Of a stretch of DNA of 64,000 bases, positions 60,429 to 64,000 are shown in pieces; position 1 is the stretch's first letter; every line of letters starts with the position of its first letter. The stretch spans positions 115,320,001 through 115,384,000 of the forward strand of contig NC_043000.1 of NCBI RefSeq assembly GCF_006345805.1. The letters are read 5' to 3'. This DNA comes from Octopus sinensis. Its lineage: Eukaryota. The position numbers and the translations under genes are program-made. The notes beneath the pieces were generated by a model. That model did not search any database and was not told the DNA's origin. It was given only the letters and a program-made list of their open reading frames with translations.

Positions 60429-60636
60429 GTCTGGGCCTTGTGAGGTGGAGGGTTCAGATTATTCCTTGATGTCTGTTGTTTGCTCTGGAGGTTTGGGGGA
60501 AAGTTAAACCATGCATTGTCATTATATAAACTGAGATTAACTAATTGATATTCATGTCTCTTCTCTTTGATTATCCTTCATTGATATATGTGTTTTGTTG
60601 TTTTGTAATTTAATATTTAATATTTTGTTTCCATAG

Positions 60637-60675
60637 GACTCAGCTTATCTGCGAAGTTGTCTCCAGTCTAACCAG
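60637..60675 (+). CDS. YTHDF: Candidate YTHDF in-frame exon (DSAYLRSCLQSNQ)
   Basis: ttttgtttccatag|39 nt, open in phase 0|gttaga. No clear vertebrate counterpart is recognised. Confidence 0.55.
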
Positions 60676-61344
60676 GTTAGAATGATTTCTCTTATATTGT
60701 ATTATTACTATTTGTTGTGGAAACAGTGAAGAACTGAATATAATGCTTTGCAGTATTACATTCAATTCAGATACTGCTGTGATTGATATTGTACCTCATC
60801 TCATCAAGCCAGGGTCATTAGAATAAGTGCCAGGCAATGTAATGCAGTCAATATATCTAACTACACTTCTCACACAAAACATAACCTTGTGCTAAAACTG
60901 AAAATTATTATATAGTTTTCATGTCTTCAATGCCTTAAATTTTTTTTGTTTAGAAATAGTACTTGTCTAGGGTCCAGATTTAGTAGATTAATCCGTCCTT
61001 AGACAGGACATCAGCCTATCATAAGCAGCATTCTCAGTTTATTTTTTACAATCTAGTAAATACTCTTGTCTCCAGGCAATGAAAATTCCCCCAGGATTTT
61101 GAACTTAAGAGACAAAAATTTGATAGACCAGTATCTTATTAATGTGTGGCTGTCTGAATTTTGCTATTCCATATTGTGGTAACTTTAAGCTAGACTTAAA
61201 TGGGTTGGAAATGGAGAGGACAAGGCTTTAGAAGCAGGCAAGGGCATGAATTGGTTGAATGGCTGAACGTCTTGGGTAATAGCCTAAAGATACTTACGTT
61301 AAAGTGCTATCATTTAATAATGGCTATGGCTGTCCAGGCCAGCC

Positions 61345-61854
61345 ATAGAAAGGGTATGGCCTGGTCAGCCTGTAATGATATGCATAAGATCTGGTCATCA
61401 AATCTAAGTAGAGATTTCAAACTTAAAATCTTCAAAGCCACAGTAGAACCAATTCTACTATATGGCTCAGAAACCTGGATTTTATCAAAGAAGCTTGAGA
61501 GGCAGTTGGATGGAACTTACACTCGCCTCTTTATGAGAGCTCAAAATCTCTCGTGGAAGCGTCATCCAACCAAAGTACAAATATATGGGAAACTACTACC
61601 TGTATCATCTCTTGTGAAAGGTAGAAGAGTCCAGTTTGCTGGACATTGTTGTTGAGCTGAAAACGAGGTAATTTCTACTCTTCTCTGGAAGCCATCTGCT
61701 CGCGATACCAGAGGGCACACTCTCTCCTACCCTGATGTAATCTCCAGGGATACAGGCATCCAGCAACAGGACCTCCGTAATGCTATGATGGACCGTGAAG
61801 TCTGGTGTAACAGTAAATTCCATTGTCTCGACCACGGTTGAACAATGATGATGA
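61345..61854 (+). mobile_element. RTE-clade LINE 3' fragment
   Basis: KIWSSNLSRDFKLKIFKATVEPILLYGSETW..RRVQFAGHC, with an (ATG)n tail. Confidence 0.85.
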
Positions 61855-64000
61855 TAATTTTATAATGTGATTTGCTTGGAATTATTTTATCTGAAATTAG
61901 TGTTATTCTGACACCATGTGTAGGTGGTTGCAGAAACAGCTTCCAACAATGCAACAGCTGCACTTAATTATTTATGTGAGTGTTTAAATGTGCAGAAACA
62001 GCCAAACACCTGCAGGCTTGAACATAAAAAAAAAAAAGTACTAATGATTGATGTTGGGGGGGTCATATATTTATACAGAAAGTAATAACTTGTTAGAAAG
62101 TGGCTGAGTTCCTCTCGTGCATTGGGCCTCATGGAGGCAAAGTGGCCGAGTTCTTAATGAGTGTTGGGCCTCACGGATGTAATGACCGAGACCTTTGGCA
62201 TTATGTTGTGCTTGAGAAGAAGACCCATCAAGCCAAGCAAAATTGCAGTTGTGGTAGATGCTGGTGTCATGCCCGAGGTACATAAACGCACCCGTTACAC
62301 TCAGAGTGGTTGGCATTAGGAAGGGCATCCAGCTGTTGAAAACCATGCCAAATCAGACTGGAATCTGGTGCGGCCTTCCAGCTTGCCAGCCCTGGTCAAA
62401 CCGTCCAACCCATGCCAGTGTGGACAATGGACATTAGAGTATGATGACAATGATTATTTATGAGTGCTAACCCTAAATATTTTTGTAATTTACTGTTTTC
62501 ATTTCATGTTCCTCTTTGTTAAGTATTAATGACACTTTAGTTAAAAACAGAATAATCATTTATTTTGTCCGTGAGCTCGGGGGGAATGAGACCCAAGTAC
62601 ATTGATTGACTTCTGAATTCTTTATCTCTCTCCTCTCCACCAAGCATATTTTGTTCAGCTAACCTTGTTCAAAAGGAATTAATCAGACCATCAAGAATGT
62701 ATATTTCTAATTAGTCACTTTGCATCTAGCACAGGAAAAGTTTCTTTCCTTAGGTTAAAGTTTAAGTCCTTACTCTCCCTCATTCTGTTACTCACATGCA
62801 CATACTTACCAACCTCTTGCTCATACAAATATAGCTTCAGATGTTCACATTATCCATAAGGAATAATTTACCAAATTTGTACAATTGATATTAGGCAGGT
62901 TCCCCTCCATATTATGTCCCAATATGTTTATTTTCATCCTCTTTAGCATTCAAATGGGCCAAATCTGGCTGTGATCAACCCAGTGGCACTTGTTCAAACC
63001 AGCCATAGCCAGGTTTGTTGGCATGTTATTTTTGCTAGCAAGAAACCCTACCACCACCATATCACACTGGAACATCATAGTTTTCCTTGAATCATCAATT
63101 TTGTATCAATTCTATAAACCTATCCTAACACTGTTAGTATTTCGATAAATACTAAAGGGTTAACTGAACAAGATATCAAACCTACCATGGTCCTTATTTC
63201 ATGCTCCTTTGGTCCCGTACTCTAATTTTGAGATAATGTATGAACTCAGTTGTAAGCTCTCCAGGCTGATCAAAAATGAACTCAGCAAGTTGTTTCTGAG
63301 TTGATGAAGCAGATGACAGCCAATGCTATTTGCAAAGGGTTGTAATAAAGATAATGATGATGATGGTGGTGGTGGTGGTTTAGGTGAAAGATGATTGCTG
63401 AATTTGCTGATGTATTACCTTATGCCTTAAAATTGCTTGTCATGTGTCAGTTTACATGCCAAAATGATTGATACCCTGCGTAGCGGTCTTAGTGATTGTT
63501 CAATCAACCTTCTGTCTTTAGCTTCATACTAATCAATGAAAGAATTTAATTTTTTTTTTTTTTTTTTTGTTTCTTGTTTCTGTTATAGTTGAGTCTAATG
63601 TAGAGCAAACCAAATTGTTTGTCTAATATTGCTTTTCTTACATCGAACTATGAACTCTCACATGTGCAAGGAAAGGAAGGAAACACCTTCCGACAACATG
63701 TAAATAGCTACAACAGTGTTATTATGGAGTCTGCTATTTAGGAAGTTAGTGTTTGCAGAGATTTGTCTGATAGCAATAGTTTTGTGAGGCCTGAAATTGA
63801 ATTAGGAGGTGGGGGAACTGGAGTGTAATGGCATTCATGCCTATTTTTCTTTCCTTTTTTTTTTTAAAAAAAAATGACTGAAGTAAAATATTTTGGTTTG
63901 GGAAATGAAACTAGATTTTGAGTCTCATGCTAAAACCTAATATGGCATTAGCTATTTATCTAATATTATATTGTGGAGGCGCAATGGCCCAGTGGTTAGG

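Noticed and set aside
63589-63640. Strong acceptor (poly-T...ttatag) as the next YTHDF exon
   Set aside because: Phase-0 reading gives LSLM* with no YTHDF similarity. It could only be a poison or cryptic exon, and there is no support for that.

Overview
AT-rich, repeat-dense animal genomic DNA. It is very probably from an octopus (coleoid cephalopod), inferred from the tRNA-derived and CORE-type SINE families. Almost all listed ORFs are artefacts of microsatellites or SINEs. One host gene can be reconstructed by hand from micro-exons missed by the ORF track: the 5' part of a YTHDF-family m6A reader on the + strand (MSASVDQ at 13904-13924, a 41-kb intron, RAKGQANQ at 55127-55151, VANGSAKEVKNEDFDHYLHQPQQ at 56537-56604, and a candidate 39-nt exon at 60637-60675). 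The YTH domain lies beyond the window. A second CpG-rich region inside the long intron carries a candidate alternative first exon (MSGEVAVYQ, 32350-32376) and a Merlin-like MITE. The most striking element is a 414-bp insertion at 16225-16638 with a 12-bp TSD, a 353-nt highly structured monomer, 60 bp of terminal redundancy and an intact type I hammerhead ribozyme core. This is a candidate retrozyme (viroid-like circular-RNA retroelement). Two further degenerate hammerhead loci are present. Other content includes CR1, RTE, R4-like, Tc1 (DD36E spacing), maT-like, Helitron/HINE and piggyBac-MITE remnants. All family assignments come from recalled motifs, not database searches.
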